Assembly: GCF_000315625.1 (NCBI RefSeq)
Contig: NW_005434653.1
Span: 105,615-169,614 of the forward strand
DNA: 64,000 nucleotides
Direction of reading: 5' to 3'
Source: Guillardia theta CCMP2712
Lineage: Eukaryota; Protista; Cryptophyta
The notes below the pieces were generated by a model. The model was not told where the DNA came from. It ran no database searches and saw only the letters and a list, made by a program, of their open reading frames with translations. This document shows positions 26,650-38,599 of the stretch, piece by piece; the stretch's first letter is position 1, and each line of letters opens with the position of its first letter. Made by a program: the position numbers and the translations under genes.

Positions 26650-27520
26650 TGGGCCTGCATCACACCGTCGCTCTTCGTCCGGGTAACCCCTATCACAGCG
26701 GCTGCTGTCCTCTCCATGAACCTTCCAGCACCTGTGCAACGAGCCACCTCAACTGCTTGGCATAGGCTGAGCAAACAATATAGCTCCGATCAGTAGTCTC
26801 AACAAACAGATTGATGCCTCCATGGGCCAAGTGTCAGCTGTTCTGGCAGGTGACTTTCGTCAAACCGGAGATTGAGGCGTCAATCAAGTCTTCGTCTTTG
26901 TGGACCAGAGACCCCGGGTTGACAGCATGATTGATCTTGCTCCAACTGTTTGTTCTTTGGTCAACTCTCAACAGGAACTGGTCGAAAAGTCTATTGAGAG
27001 TCTGGTCAACTCTCAACAGGAACTGGTCGAAAAAGGCCGGGATCTGTGAGTCCATGACCGGCTGGAGTACGAGGACAATCAGGAGAGTCGAGAAGCTTGA
27101 CCCTGACAAGCTATTTCCCGCCGGCTCCCAGATTCCAGATTTCAGATTTTTTCATACAAATATAAGTCAATTTCTTTTTTTTTCCTCCAAATGTTTTAGT
27201 CATTTTAATTTGAGAATGAAACGATGCGGTTGACTTTCCCAGATTTTGCTTTTCGAATGGGCAGGCACTATATGGAAATATACTATTAGCTCAATCGAGA
27301 AAAATTGTTAGAAGGTAGGGAGGGTACGCTGGGAGCATCAAATATGAACAGCAAGTGGACCCCACCCCCTGTAAGTATGTATTGAAAGCACCGGTGAATA
27401 TTTCGGTGTGAATTTCAAATCACTTTGAATTGAGTCAAAAATCTGGAATCTGGGAGCCGGCGGGAAACGGCCCTATATAATACTGTCAACATTTTCAAAC
27501 AATGTCGCTCTTTCCCGTAC
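26650..27520 (+). mobile_element. Internally deleted Helitron-like remnant, unit 2
   Basis: 26688-26737 matches 21222-21275 (CCCTATCACAG..GCTGTCCTCTCCATGAA). 26840-26990 matches 22665-22930 (GGTGACTTTCGTCAAACCGGAGATTGAGGCGTC; CCCGGGTTGACAGCATGATT). 27500-27520 matches the VALSR region. Confidence 0.8.
27114..27467. mobile_element. MITE-like element, 354 bp, with perfect 29-bp terminal inverted repeats
   Basis: TTTCCCGCCGGCTCCCAGATTCCAGATTT (27114-27142) and its reverse complement (27439-27467) enclose an AT-rich non-coding interior. Absent from unit 1. No clear TSD. Confidence 0.8.
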
Positions 27521-27690
27521 ACAGCCTACGGTAGCTAGGGATTATTACTCAACTACTCAGCCTTCTGGAGCCGCAGGAGCTTCGGGGACTCGAGGGGGTG
27601 GTGGGGCTACCGAAACTACGGGGTACTAGGGGTACACAAACAGAGTTACTACAGTCCTCTTACCCAATCATGAATCGCGAACCTCCCGCC

Positions 27691-29796
27691 ATGGTAGGAA
27701 CCGGCGGTCCCTCTCTGCCTCTCACCGCCCTTATGCTCCTTCCTGCCATCCATGCCTTCTGCCCCTGCGCACTCGATGTATGCATCCGGCCGAGGAGGAC
27801 TGCTGTCTCGAGCTACATACGCAAAGGCCATGAAGCCGGTACATGCATACGTCGCGCTTCTAGTCTCAACGCGCTGGAGTGTGCAGAGCGTAGGAGAAAG
27901 GGAGTGCCCGGGAGGATGAAGATGTCCATGATGCAGCAAGAAGGAGACTATCGTGAGGAGATGATCTCTATAGGCGCGCAGATTGCTAGGGTGGAGGAGG
28001 AGATAGATCAGGTCAACCGACAGATCACAGAGGCAGAGAAACGTGCACTCGATCCAAACATTGACAAGGATGAGCGGCAATACTGGCGCAAGAAAGAGGA
28101 GCAGCTTCGAGAGAAAGAGAAGCAGCTTCGCGATCTACTCCTGATCGAGAAGAAGAGGACTCAAGGTTCAAAGATGCTTGAAGACTTCCTGTCAAAACCT
28201 CAAGGTGATGCTAGCTGTACCCACGTTTGACGACTGGAGGCACTGACGGGGCTGATAGGCGATCCGTTCCTGTCCTTCTTGAACGAGCTTTGCCAGGCTG
28301 CGAGGGCAGGCAGGACTTACTCTGCTCAAGAGATTGTGAGCTTCTCGACCTTCTTGGGAGGGAAAGCGATTTTCGGAAATCAGCTGTTCCTTCGAGATTG
28401 CTACTTGGAGATGAAGCAGGTAATTGCAGAGTACTTCCGCTTGGACACGGAGACGCCGGAGACTGGGCAGGTCGTCCTCACAGGGAGTCCAGGGATAGGG
28501 AAGTCATGCTTCGCCTACTTCTTTCTTCTTCAGCTTCTCGGCTCTGATGAGGAAGTAGTCTATCAGGTAGGAAACGAGCACTGGTACTTTGATGGGGCAG
28601 AATGGAGTCAGTTTGGAGATGTGGCCGTCGCTGTAAACTTTCTCATGAAATTCCGGGGGTGGTACATCTGTGACCTGTACAAAGGCCTGGGGAGCTACGT
28701 GTTAGCACGTTTGGCGAAGACAATCATACTGTCTTCACCCAAGCTTGGAAGGTTCAAGGACATTCTGAACAATGGAGCGGGGCGATACTTTCTGCCAACA
28801 TGGACTGATGAGGAGATGTCAATCTTCATCAAGATGCAAGGGGGTCGCGTGAACGAAGAAGAAGCAAAGAATATCGTCGAGGATTGGGGGAACGTACCGA
28901 GGAATGTCATAGTGAGGCCAATAGAGACACTTGAGCAGGAGATACAGACGATAACCTCACTGTCGTCGCTACAGGAAAAGATGCAAGCAGCAGTGAACCA
29001 AGACCTGGGATCGCCATCGAGACTGATTCACCTGGTCCCAAGCTCAGACTACAAGACTGTCAGCGCTCGAGCATGCTCGCAGAAGGCCGCGGAGAAGATC
29101 TTTGCGGGACTTGTCAAAACAGACTGGGATAGGCTTGTAGAGCTGGTCTTCTCAGGCTCTGATTCTGGGTTATATGGGGCGGCAGCTCTAGTTTTTGAAT
29201 GCTTGGCACATGAGGTGCTGAAGAAAGGAGGGAGATACAGATTGCGCAGTCTAGGGTCGGGTGAGGATGATGAAGGGGCAAGGGAAGAGATAGATTTGCG
29301 TATGAAGAAGTCGCAGGCATACTTTGAGTTCTCAACAACAGGACTCAACGAGTGGAAGATCATGGAGAACACATATTGCAAGCCCAAGGCATCGGACTTC
29401 CCTTGCGTGGATGCGCTTTTATTGTCAGATCAGGAGGTCCTCTACATGTTTCAGATGGCATCGGCAGGACAACACCCGACCAAGCTTGGACCCCTATGCA
29501 GGATGTTGACAGCTCTACGAGCCAAGAACAAGTTTGGGAGGGTGTGCCTTGTGTTTGTTCTACCCTCAGAGCTTGAGGGGAAGGCACGTTGGAGACGAGC
29601 TCAGGTTCTCACCCACGACAAGACAGCAAGTGAGATGGAGAAGCAGCAGATGGAAAACGTTACTCAGCACGCGATCTTCTTGTCCAAGGAAGACGTGGCA
29701 TGGCTAAAGGGAGCGGAGATCAGCATCCAGCTCGTAGACAAGGCACGGTCTGAGAGGGAAGAGCAACTGGAGGGAGGCGATGAGGCGACACCATAA
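27691..29796 (+). CDS. CR-type effector (coiled coil + NTPase + REase), copy 2, with in-frame signal+transit-like presequence
   Basis: MVGTGGPSLPLTALMLLPAIHAFCPCALDVCIRPRRTAVSSYIRKG... is continuous with the coiled coil; 54-nt intron 28205-28258; same NTPase motifs as copy 1; REase-like SDFPCVDAL..FQMASAGQHP. Alternative in-frame ATG at 27670. Confidence 0.88.
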
Positions 29797-30804
29797 GGAA
29801 CTGGAATCCGTGACGTTGCTGTGGGCTGAAAGAGTGGAAGGCTTGTAGTAGCTCTAGCGGCTACAGACGATTGACAGCTCATGAGGTCATGGGTGAGATC
29901 CATGGCGGCAGTCACGGTGACGAGCACTGTAGCTTGGGTAACCAATATATGTATCTGTATGAAGCTTCGTGTTGGGACAGAGATTGCATCGTTCGACGGA
30001 CAACACAATGATCTAGATCACATTCGATACAACTCCTCGAGACTAACGCGGACCAAGGGAATGGATCATGCCCAGTACATGCACACTCTCACAAGACCGT
30101 CCATCCATATTGAACAGCGACGCAGAGCGAAGCTTGGCGCTCCGCCGCGAAAACACGACCAAGATACATCAATCATCACTTGCATCGCCATCATCTCCAT
30201 CATCATCGTCATCCTCCTCTTCTTCTTGTCTTCTCCTTCATTACCTCCATCACCATCATCATCATCATCATCATCGTCATCGTCATCATCCTCTTCTTCT
30301 TGTCTTCTCCTTCATTACCTCCATCACCATTATCTCATCATCATCATCATCTTCATCATCATCATCATCATCTCCTACGCCATCATCAACCCTTCCATGA
30401 TCTCGTTCATCTACATCAACATATCCTTCATCGTTACCTCCATCATCTACATAGTCTCTGGAGCTTCGGTCTAGACAAGGAGACTTGCCCATGTCGCGTG
30501 GCAAGTATATACAACCCAAGAATGAGAATAGGACACATTTCAAGAGTGTAGGGCGATGCAAACACATATTTTTTCCGTGTGCTCTGCATGTCAGTGCGCT
30601 GCTTTCATGCAATCTTTTTCCTAGTCAAAGTGCTCAAGATGTAAAATGTCCGAGGCTAGACTCTCACTTCTGCATACCTGGTTCCATATCACAGAACAGC
30701 ATGCCAAAGACAATATCCATGACCTGCCGGACTCTCAACTTCCTCTGACAGGTCTCATCTCCTTCAAGATGTTGAGGAGTGCTTTATACTCTGGCATGGA
30801 TAGA

Positions 30805-30831
30805 CTTGTCTTGCCCTCGTGGCAAGACAAG
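30805..30831. other. Perfect 11-bp stem hairpin, candidate Helitron-like 3' terminal structure
   Basis: CTTGTCTTGCC-CTCGT-GGCAAGACAAG, followed within ~10 nt by an abrupt switch to AT-rich flank. A canonical CTRR end is absent. Confidence 0.6.
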
Positions 30832-31104
30832 ATTCACTCAATTAAATAATAAATATACCCTAATAAATTAATGTATCAAAAAGTAAACCGTTTTCAAAAT
30901 AGATATTCATCATTGCATACTTGCTGCGAAAACTTGATAAATGTGAGCCCTTTACCATAAGTTGCCCTACTAGGATTTTGTGGGTGGTACCCAATGTAGT
31001 GAAGGGGCGAGGGGAATCGGGGGTAGGGGTACCCCTCAGTAGGGTAGCAGATCTGGAGGGGTGTAGGAAGAGCCTCATGATTATGGCTGGAGGCGTACCA
31101 GCAG

Positions 31105-31260
31105 AGGGAGAAGAGAGAAGAGAGAAGAAAGAGAAGAGAGAGAAGAGAGAGAAGAGAGAGAAGAGAGAAGAAAGAGAGAGAGAGAGAAGAGAGAGAAGAG
31201 AGAGAAGAGAAAGAAGAGAGAGAAGAGAGAACAGAGGGAGAAGAGAGGGTGGAGAAAGGG
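31105..31260. repeat. (GAGAAGAGA)n purine tract
   Basis: Seen directly. Confidence 0.9.
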
Positions 31261-31470
31261 TGGAGAAAGGGACGCAATTGAGGGTGGAGAGGGAGGAGAG
31301 GGGATTGAGGGAGGAGGGATGGGACCAGGATCGAGTAGCCATATACAGGAAAACAGTAGTATTTTATCTACACGCATGGGATTGCATGAAAGCTGAGTGC
31401 CAACTTTGACAAACATGTCTTGTTGGAAATTGAAGTTTATTGTGCAGGCCCTCGGGATGCAACAGTTTTG

Positions 31471-32999
31471 ATGAGACTCAGCTCAGGCCTCTTCTTCTTA
31501 CTTGTGTTGCAATCTTCCTCCTCTCATCGAACCGTTCGGCCCACCCTTGCAACCACAACCATGATGCAGCTGATCAAGAACGCGGATGTCTATGCTCCTG
31601 CGCATCTTGGACTCTGTCACGTGCTCGTGGGATGCGGAAAGATCATGAAGATCTTCCCTGGAAACGCTTCGCTGCACGAGCAGACGTTCTTGGATCTGAA
31701 CATCTCCACCAAGGACCTCGACGGCAAGAAAATGATTCCCGGGCTCATCGACGGCCACGTACACTTGACAGGAGGAGGAGGGGAGGCAGGTTTCAGGACC
31801 AGCGTCCCTCCTATCCCTCTCTCCAACTTTACCCTTGCTGGGGTGACCACGGCAGTTGGTGTGCTGGGGACGGACGACTGCGTACGTTCAACAGCCAGCC
31901 TACTTGCTCGAGCCCGCGGCCTGAGGGAAGAAGGGTTCTCAAGCTACATCCTTACAGGAGGCTACCATGTTCCCGTGACGACCCTGACTGGGTCAGTGAA
32001 GGAGGACATCGTCCACCTCGACCTCTGCATTGGATGCGGAGAGCTTGCTATCAGTGATCACAGGTTCTGCTCCTGCTTCCCTCTCGCCGGCCTGTCCTTC
32101 GTTTCAATGTCTCAAGCTGTGTCCTTTCTACTCCCTTTCTTTCCGTCCCTGCTTCACTCCTACCTCCTATCTTGCTTTGCTTCTTCCAACTTTCTCCTCT
32201 CCCATTTCTGCATCAGCCTCTCAGTCCTCCTTTCGACTCTCCTACACCTCCACCACCTCATTCTTGATTAGGACTGACATTTCTTTCCAGGTCCAGCCAG
32301 CCAACCTTCGACGAGCTCGTGAGGATAGCTGGCGACTGCCACGTTGCGAACCTGATGACCGGAAAGGCGGGAACCCTTCACCTGCACATGGGGGCAGGGC
32401 AGAGGAGGATGGAGATGGTGAAGAGAGCGCTGGAGGAGACAGAGATTCCTTCCAGGATCTTCAACCCGACGCACTGCAACAGGAACCTGCCGCTGCTGGA
32501 GGAGGCGATGGAGCTCGCGCTCCTCGGGTCTACCATCGACGTAACGGCTGGGACGGGGAAGAAGGGAGGAGGTGGAGGGCCTACAGCAGCGGAGGCCATC
32601 CGGAGGTACTTGAAGGACGACAGGATGCTTCCTCCAGAGAAGATCACGTGCAGCTCTGACGCGGGAGGGAGCATCCCGACATTCGACGAGCAGGGAAACT
32701 TGTTGAGGCTCGGGTACGGGACCTCCGCCAACCTCCTCGTGGCGATCAACGAGCTTCTGCATCCTACTGATGGAAGCGACAGCTTACCACTGGACGTCGT
32801 CCTCCCTCCCTTCACCAGCAACTGGGCGACGCTGCTCAAGATCGATGACAAGAAGGGAAGGATCGCTGAGGGCTGCGATGCTGATCTGGTCGTCCTGGAG
32901 GAGGCAGGAGAAGGAGTTTCTGTCTCGGACGTCATGGCCATGGGCGTTTGGCACGTGGTCGATGGGAAGGCTGTCGTCAAAGGGACGTTTGAGAGCTGA
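31471..32999 (+). CDS. iadA: Isoaspartyl dipeptidase (beta-aspartyl peptidase, amidohydrolase family)
   Basis: PGLIDGHVHLTGGGGEAGF, AGVTTAVGVLGTD, YILTGGY, GELAISDHR/SSQPT across intron 32064-32290, GKAGTLHLHMG, PTHCNRN, SSDAGGSIP, KGRIAEGCDADL, KGTFE. Confidence 0.95.
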
Positions 33000-33547
33000 G
33001 GAGGAGTGAAGATGCGCTTGAAAGTTTTTCCCTCACGTTTTGTTTTCCTCCTGCTGAGCTCCGGCCGACTGCCCAGCTTTTGTTTCACCCTGTCTTATTA
33101 TGTACTCTCTTTTTCCCCTGAGGCATGCTGATGTTGAAACTTGTTGTAACTTGTGTATTTGCTTGATCTTGGTTAAAACACATTCATTCAAGTGATGAGA
33201 TTGAAGAGCAGAAGACAAGGAGAGCGAGGAAGAGATTATTAACAATGTTTTCACAGAGGATTAAAAGAGGAGGGAGAATTGAGATACCAACATTTAGTTG
33301 GTACATAATGTGAAGAATTAGAATGAAGTGCAGCATTAGGAGGCGAGGAAAAAGGGAGGGAAAGAGGAGGAACCCAAAGAAAAACGAGAAGGAAAGTGGA
33401 GGAAAAGGTGGAGGAAAAGAATGATACTCATGTAGATCTCAGACGTTGTGTGAAGTATCCCTTCCTTTCTTGATCGACATTTCCATGTAGTAGTGCAGAG
33501 AAAAGTGGTAAAGAGAGGGAGGACAACGGAAGAAACGCACAAGAACT

Positions 33548-35356
33548 TTATTCCTTCAGGCTGGAAAGATTCTCCATCAGGCTTGGGACGCGAATCTTTC
33601 CTTTCTCGTTGAAGTTGAGGGCCTGTGATATCCCATCACATCCCCACTTCCCCCCCTTCCCCATCTCCTCTAACTTCTCACGCCTCCCTCTTCCTTTCCG
33701 TCCTCTACTTCTTTCTCCCTCCCTTTCCCCCCCCCCCCGCCTCCTTTCTCCCTGCTCATCGCACTCTCCTTACCTCACAAAACCTCTCGAGCTCCTCCTT
33801 GCTTCCCAGCGTGCTGATCTCGCACTTGCTTCCATCCTCCGACTCCTCCAGCTTCACCTGCCAACAAGTCATCAGCCCCTGGTACCCTCAACCCCCCAGC
33901 TCTCCTCCCAACCACCCCCCCGCTCTCCTCCCAACCATCGACATCACAGCACTAACCACCTTCCACCTCTTCTTCCTCCCTCTTCCCTACACCTCCCCTA
34001 TATCAGCTCTCCTCACTTCAACAGTGACGTCCTTGGAGGCCTTGGCCCAGTAGTAGAAGCCCGCCAAGGGAGACGCGAGCGTCATGTACCAGTAGGGGGA
34101 AAACTCCGAAACCTAGTGGAACGTCAGCTCAAACTTCCCTTGCATACTGCAACCCCGTGGAATATCCAAACTCAAGTCTTCTTCTCTTTTACTCCTTCTT
34201 TCTTCCACTTTGTTCTTCTACTTCGAAGCCTCTCGACTCTCCTCCATATCACCCAAATCTTTCTTTCTCCTTCTCCTTCCCCTCCTCTTCCTTTTCCTCC
34301 TCTGGTTCAGCCCTCTCACCTCAACCAGAGGAAACTGGACGGTCAAGACAAGAGCCAAGCTCGCAAGACTGGAGAAACGATGAGCGGGAGGAAAGCACAG
34401 ACATATAACGATGAGGGGGTTCCAAGGGATGGAGGAGAAGGGGCATCGGATGAGGATGTTGATGGTTACCTGAGGAATGTGCAGAAGCTGAGGAAGAACG
34501 CCTGGCCCTTGCTCTTCCTACTGGCTCGTCAGACCTCTCCTAGCCCCTTCATCGTCCTCTCACCCCATCGTCCCGCGGAAGGTGATGGTGCCCTGTGACG
34601 GCTCTGGCGCGAAGTTCATGGCGCGAAAGTAGGCCGTGATCTCCGCTGCTGTTTGACGAACCTGCACAATAAGAGGGCGAAGCGAAGGAGGGGAGAAGGC
34701 GGAGGAAAGGAGAGGAATAGGAGGAGGAGATTTCAGCACACACATGTTTTTGTTTGATATTGGCTCTCACCTCCTTCCCAGCTGACGGGCCCTTGGTCTC
34801 ATAAACCTTATTGACGGGCTTGTACTCGACTGAGCGCTTGATCAGAGACCAGGCGCCTGGGAGGGAGATGAGGTAGAGGCCCAGGGTGGCGTAGTAGGAC
34901 TCTTGCGCATACTCGGGTTTGAACTCCTTTGCCTTGCCTGCTGCATCTGCCGAGAGGAGGAGGAGGGAGTCTACATTAAGGTTCTGTAATAGCGATAAGT
35001 CCCCGCTGTTGCATGCGAGCAATGCAGCAGAGCGCAATACACTTGCTGGATAGCGTGATTGAGGGAGGAGGGCAAAGACAGAACGATTCAATCACAGCAG
35101 GAGGGTTCGAACACGCCATGGCACAACATCCTCTTTTTCTTCCTGCGCCTCAAGCTTGTCTCACCTGTACTGCCTGTGCGAGCGAGGGGAGGTCAGCATG
35201 TGCCCGCAAAGAAGTCAGGCCTGTCCTCCTGGAAGGGGGGGAGCCAGGAGAGACTGTGATGGAGCGGAGGGAGAGGGAGGGGGAGGGAGAGAGCACGAGA
35301 GCCTCTACTGTCGTCGCGCAGAGCAAGAGGAGATAACTTGCCGCACCACTTGCCAT
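33548..35356 (-). CDS. CCB1: Cytochrome b6 heme ci assembly factor CCB1 (DUF3529), plastid-targeted, multi-exon
   Basis: SYYATLGLYLISLPGAWSLIKRS, AAEITAYF, TITFRG, GQAFFLSFCTF, SPLAGFYYWAKA, GSKEELERF, FNEKGKIRV. Signal MASGAASYLLLLCATTVEAL followed by an S/R-rich transit peptide. Confidence 0.88.
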
Positions 35357-35469
35357 GGCCGCCTTAGAACACTACCCCACCTACTACCACCCTTCTTTTC
35401 CATACCCATGTCTGGGTGGGTCTAAGTAACAGGCTATCTTCATAGTATGACAGAGTCAAGTTGACCGTA

Positions 35470-36060
35470 CTCACTGTCCTGCCTGTCGGACTCCGGGACT
35501 CGGCCCTTCAGGCTTCGGCCGGGCGCCGCAGCAGGCCGGGCCGCCCGCCGGGGCCGCGCGGTCACTCACGGTGATCGGACCCGTCGCCGCCGCCCGGGCC
35601 AGGGCCAGTGACGGACTGAGTTCGTGACGGAGGCCCTTCCTCGACCGAGTGAGAGTCACGAGTCCTCGGCCTGCCGCCGCGGCCGGGCCCCGGCGCGGCG
35701 GTGACCCGGTACTACGGGCCCCGCGGTACGGCCGGCGCGGCACTCACTGCCGCAGTGCCACGGCGGCCGCCCATGGCTCGGCGCCGATGATGGCCCGGGC
35801 GCCCGGCCATTCCCGGGGCCGGGCCGGCCGCCCGGCCCGGCGGGCTGCCGGGGCGGCCGTCACTGGGCCGCACTGGGCCTCAGCCGTGTGCTAAGGGGAC
35901 TATATCACTGAGATCGCGAAATCAGGCTGCCATTCGGATTTCAGGCACTGACTGCTGACTCAAGCGGCCTAGTTGGTACCGGGTATCAGTTCATGATGGC
36001 AAAATTTGAACTTCCGAAACTTTCACAAACTGACTCAGTGACTCGTGACGACTTATCACG
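35470..36060. repeat. GC-rich short-word mosaic patch upstream of CCB1
   Basis: CCGG/GGCC, GAGTC/GACTC, ACGG/CCGT and CACTG words. Confidence 0.65.
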
Positions 36061-37536
36061 AAACAGTGCCGCACAGTGCTACTTTGAAAAATTCCCTGCC
36101 CCGCATCTCCAGTGGGTGGGCCAATGAGCCAGTCAATCAGGCGAGTACAGCGGTTCAGGTTAGCGTTTCCACAGCACAGAAGCGGACTTCTCTTAAGCTT
36201 GAGCCTCCTGTACTGATGTCAACTGAGTCAGCAGAACTTCCCGAACCACAACTGACTCATTTGACACTGGCAACTACAAGGCGCCGTCACATATGAACTC
36301 AGGACTCAACCTCCTCTCGACTCTCCTCACGCTCAAGCCATGAGACAGGATGCGCCTCAACATGCAGCAGCGCCATCACACGGCAGGCTTCTCCTCACCT
36401 CAATTAGGGCAGCTCACTTGCCCCTTGTCGCTCACAGAGCAGGCGAAAGTGAGGCGAGGAGGGGAGCTGTTGGCTGCATCGCCGAAGTACTCGGAGGCCT
36501 GTCAATCGTCACCATGATGATCGCGAATAAGCCAACACTAGCTGGCTCACCCATGCCGTCATGTTCTTGTGATAGTCAGTGATACCCATGGCTCCCTTCG
36601 CCCAATCGTCTTGAATCATCTTTTGTGCGTCTCAGAATGCAGAGATAGCATTTAAATATGAGAGAAGAAAAGGGAAGCTGGGAGATCAAGAGAACAAAGA
36701 GATAGATTCCAGCATCTTGACGCTTACCTCAAGGGAGGTGGTCATTGTTGCGTGAGATGTTTGTTGATCTGCTTCATACTCAAATCAGCTCCAAGTCCAT
36801 TCTCAACACTTTGACGCAATTAGAAAACATTCTTTTGTCATGCCAAGATCAAAAAGTGGGTGAGTACATAATAAACCACGGCCCTCCTACCCACATTCTC
36901 AGCATAATGGACATCTATGTATGGATGTTTCAAAGTCCTGCGAAACCTTCCCGCTGACATCATTTCCGGCAGAGTGTGCAATGAACCAAGGCAATCTCGC
37001 ATGCATTTCTATGATCATTCTCGCTCTCTGACACCCCTGCCCTCTTCTCTCTTGCTCCATCTTACCCTGGAGGTCGGCAAAGCTTCTGATCGTTGCGAAC
37101 ATTTTTCGCCGGACCGAAATATCTGGGTAAATTACTCAATAATGTAAGTAAATTAAGTCTGTAGAACAAAATTGGGCAGCAGGGCAAAGTTGGAGGGAGA
37201 GGAAGTGGGAGAGGAGGAAGAGGGAGAGGAGAAAGAGGAGGGAGAGGAGGGAGAAAGAGGACCAGAATATCGTCGAACAGTGAGCACATGAGGCAGGTAT
37301 GGATGCTGATGTATGCTACTGTCATGCTTGCTCTGGGTGTAGTCAGGACAACGCACGCATAAGCTATCTGTGAATGAATGTCTTTTGAGGAGAAATAGTA
37401 TCCCGACTTGTGGTTGGAATTGATAACACTTGGAATTGATAACACCCTCTCGACGCTAGTTGGGATACCCGTATCTTTACCTCATATCCGTACTGAAAGC
37501 TGAATCTCGAAATCCTTGATTTTTCTTGTGATTCAA

Positions 37537-38474
37537 ATGCCGACGGGGTTGTACATTTTGGAAGGGAAAGGAGGCAAATGGTCGCCCCCGGCCGTGATCG
37601 TGCTGTTTGGATGGTTCGGAGCGCCTCAGAAGCACCTCCTCAAGTACGCCGAGATGTATCAGCATAAAACCTGTGGTGTGATTATTAGAACAACGGCTTC
37701 GTCCTCAGATATCATGCTGCGAAAGAAAGAAAACTTGGCTCGGCACGGGATGGAGGCGATTCGTCGGGCAGCTGCTGGGATAGAATCGTTGGGAGAGGAG
37801 GCCAGGGTCTACGTTCACTGCATATCCAATGGTGGGACCTTTCTCTGGGATGCAGTGAAAGACAAGATGATCAAAAGCTTGCAAAACCAAGAGCACAGCG
37901 CAGATCCAGATGCTGCTGTTTTGAGGCTCATTCACTCCCGGCTCGCAGGGGAGGTCAGCATGCAGCCGCAACATTCCTTGTATTGATCTGACTGCTCGGC
38001 CATTTCAGATTTTTGACTCGGCTCCCTGCTACATCAGCACAACCATTGGGTTGCGTGCGATCCGACTGACTGTACAGGGATTCATCCCCCGCCTCCTCGT
38101 TCAGCTTTTCTTCTTGCTTCATGTTCTTGTCGAATCTCTCTATATCATCCTCACTTTTCAGAAGCACATCCCGGAGGCTTGGTGGGATTCCCTCATACAG
38201 AATCCCATCCGTTGCAAGCAGCTCTTCCTTTACTCTGATGCCGACTCGCTACTGGACAGAGATCAACTTCAGCTGGTATGCTCTTATCCTCGCCTTTGCT
38301 GAAGGTTCTCCTGACTTTTATGGGAAGCTGATTGAGAGCCGTAGAGAGAACGGGGTCTCAGTGCAGGAGCGATTATTTCATGGAGCAGGGCATGTACAGC
38401 TTTTAAGGAACGACCCTCAGGAGTATACCAAGACTTGTTTGAAATTTTGTGGGTTGAAGTTTGACGAGGAGTGA
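37537..38474 (+). CDS. DUF829/TMEM53-family alpha/beta-fold protein
   Basis: VLFGWFGAPQKHLLKYAEMY, HCISNGG, IFDSAP, QLFLYSDADSL, FHGAGHVQLLRNDPQEY; two short introns. Confidence 0.88.
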
Positions 38475-38599
38475 GATTGTCGCTGCTTATGAGGTTATTT
38501 AATTTACATCGGAAAAGATAAAGGTCCAACACTATAATACATACACACAATGCTACGAAGAACAGATATCTTGTCAGGATGAGTCTCTGCAGGAGAACG

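Larger units (their letters stand above)
23420..26650. repeat. Duplicated CR-effector cassette, copy 1 (paralogous to ~27500-30822)
   Basis: Near-identical sequence from the PIF1 VALSR end through the gene, 3' region, CAT tract and the CTTGTCTTGCCCTCGTGG end. Confidence 0.93.

Noticed and set aside
30484-30506. Second hairpin ACTTGCC..GGCAAGT
   Set aside because: Only a 7-bp stem, absent from unit 1 and not at a compositional boundary; not called as a terminus.
33609-34598. 329-aa plus-strand ORF
   Set aside because: Antisense to CCB1 exons and purine-rich introns; low complexity.
36300-37450. Possible spliced minus-strand gene between CCB1 and DUF829
   Set aside because: Exon-like pieces exist but I could not build a consistent frame or recognise a domain.
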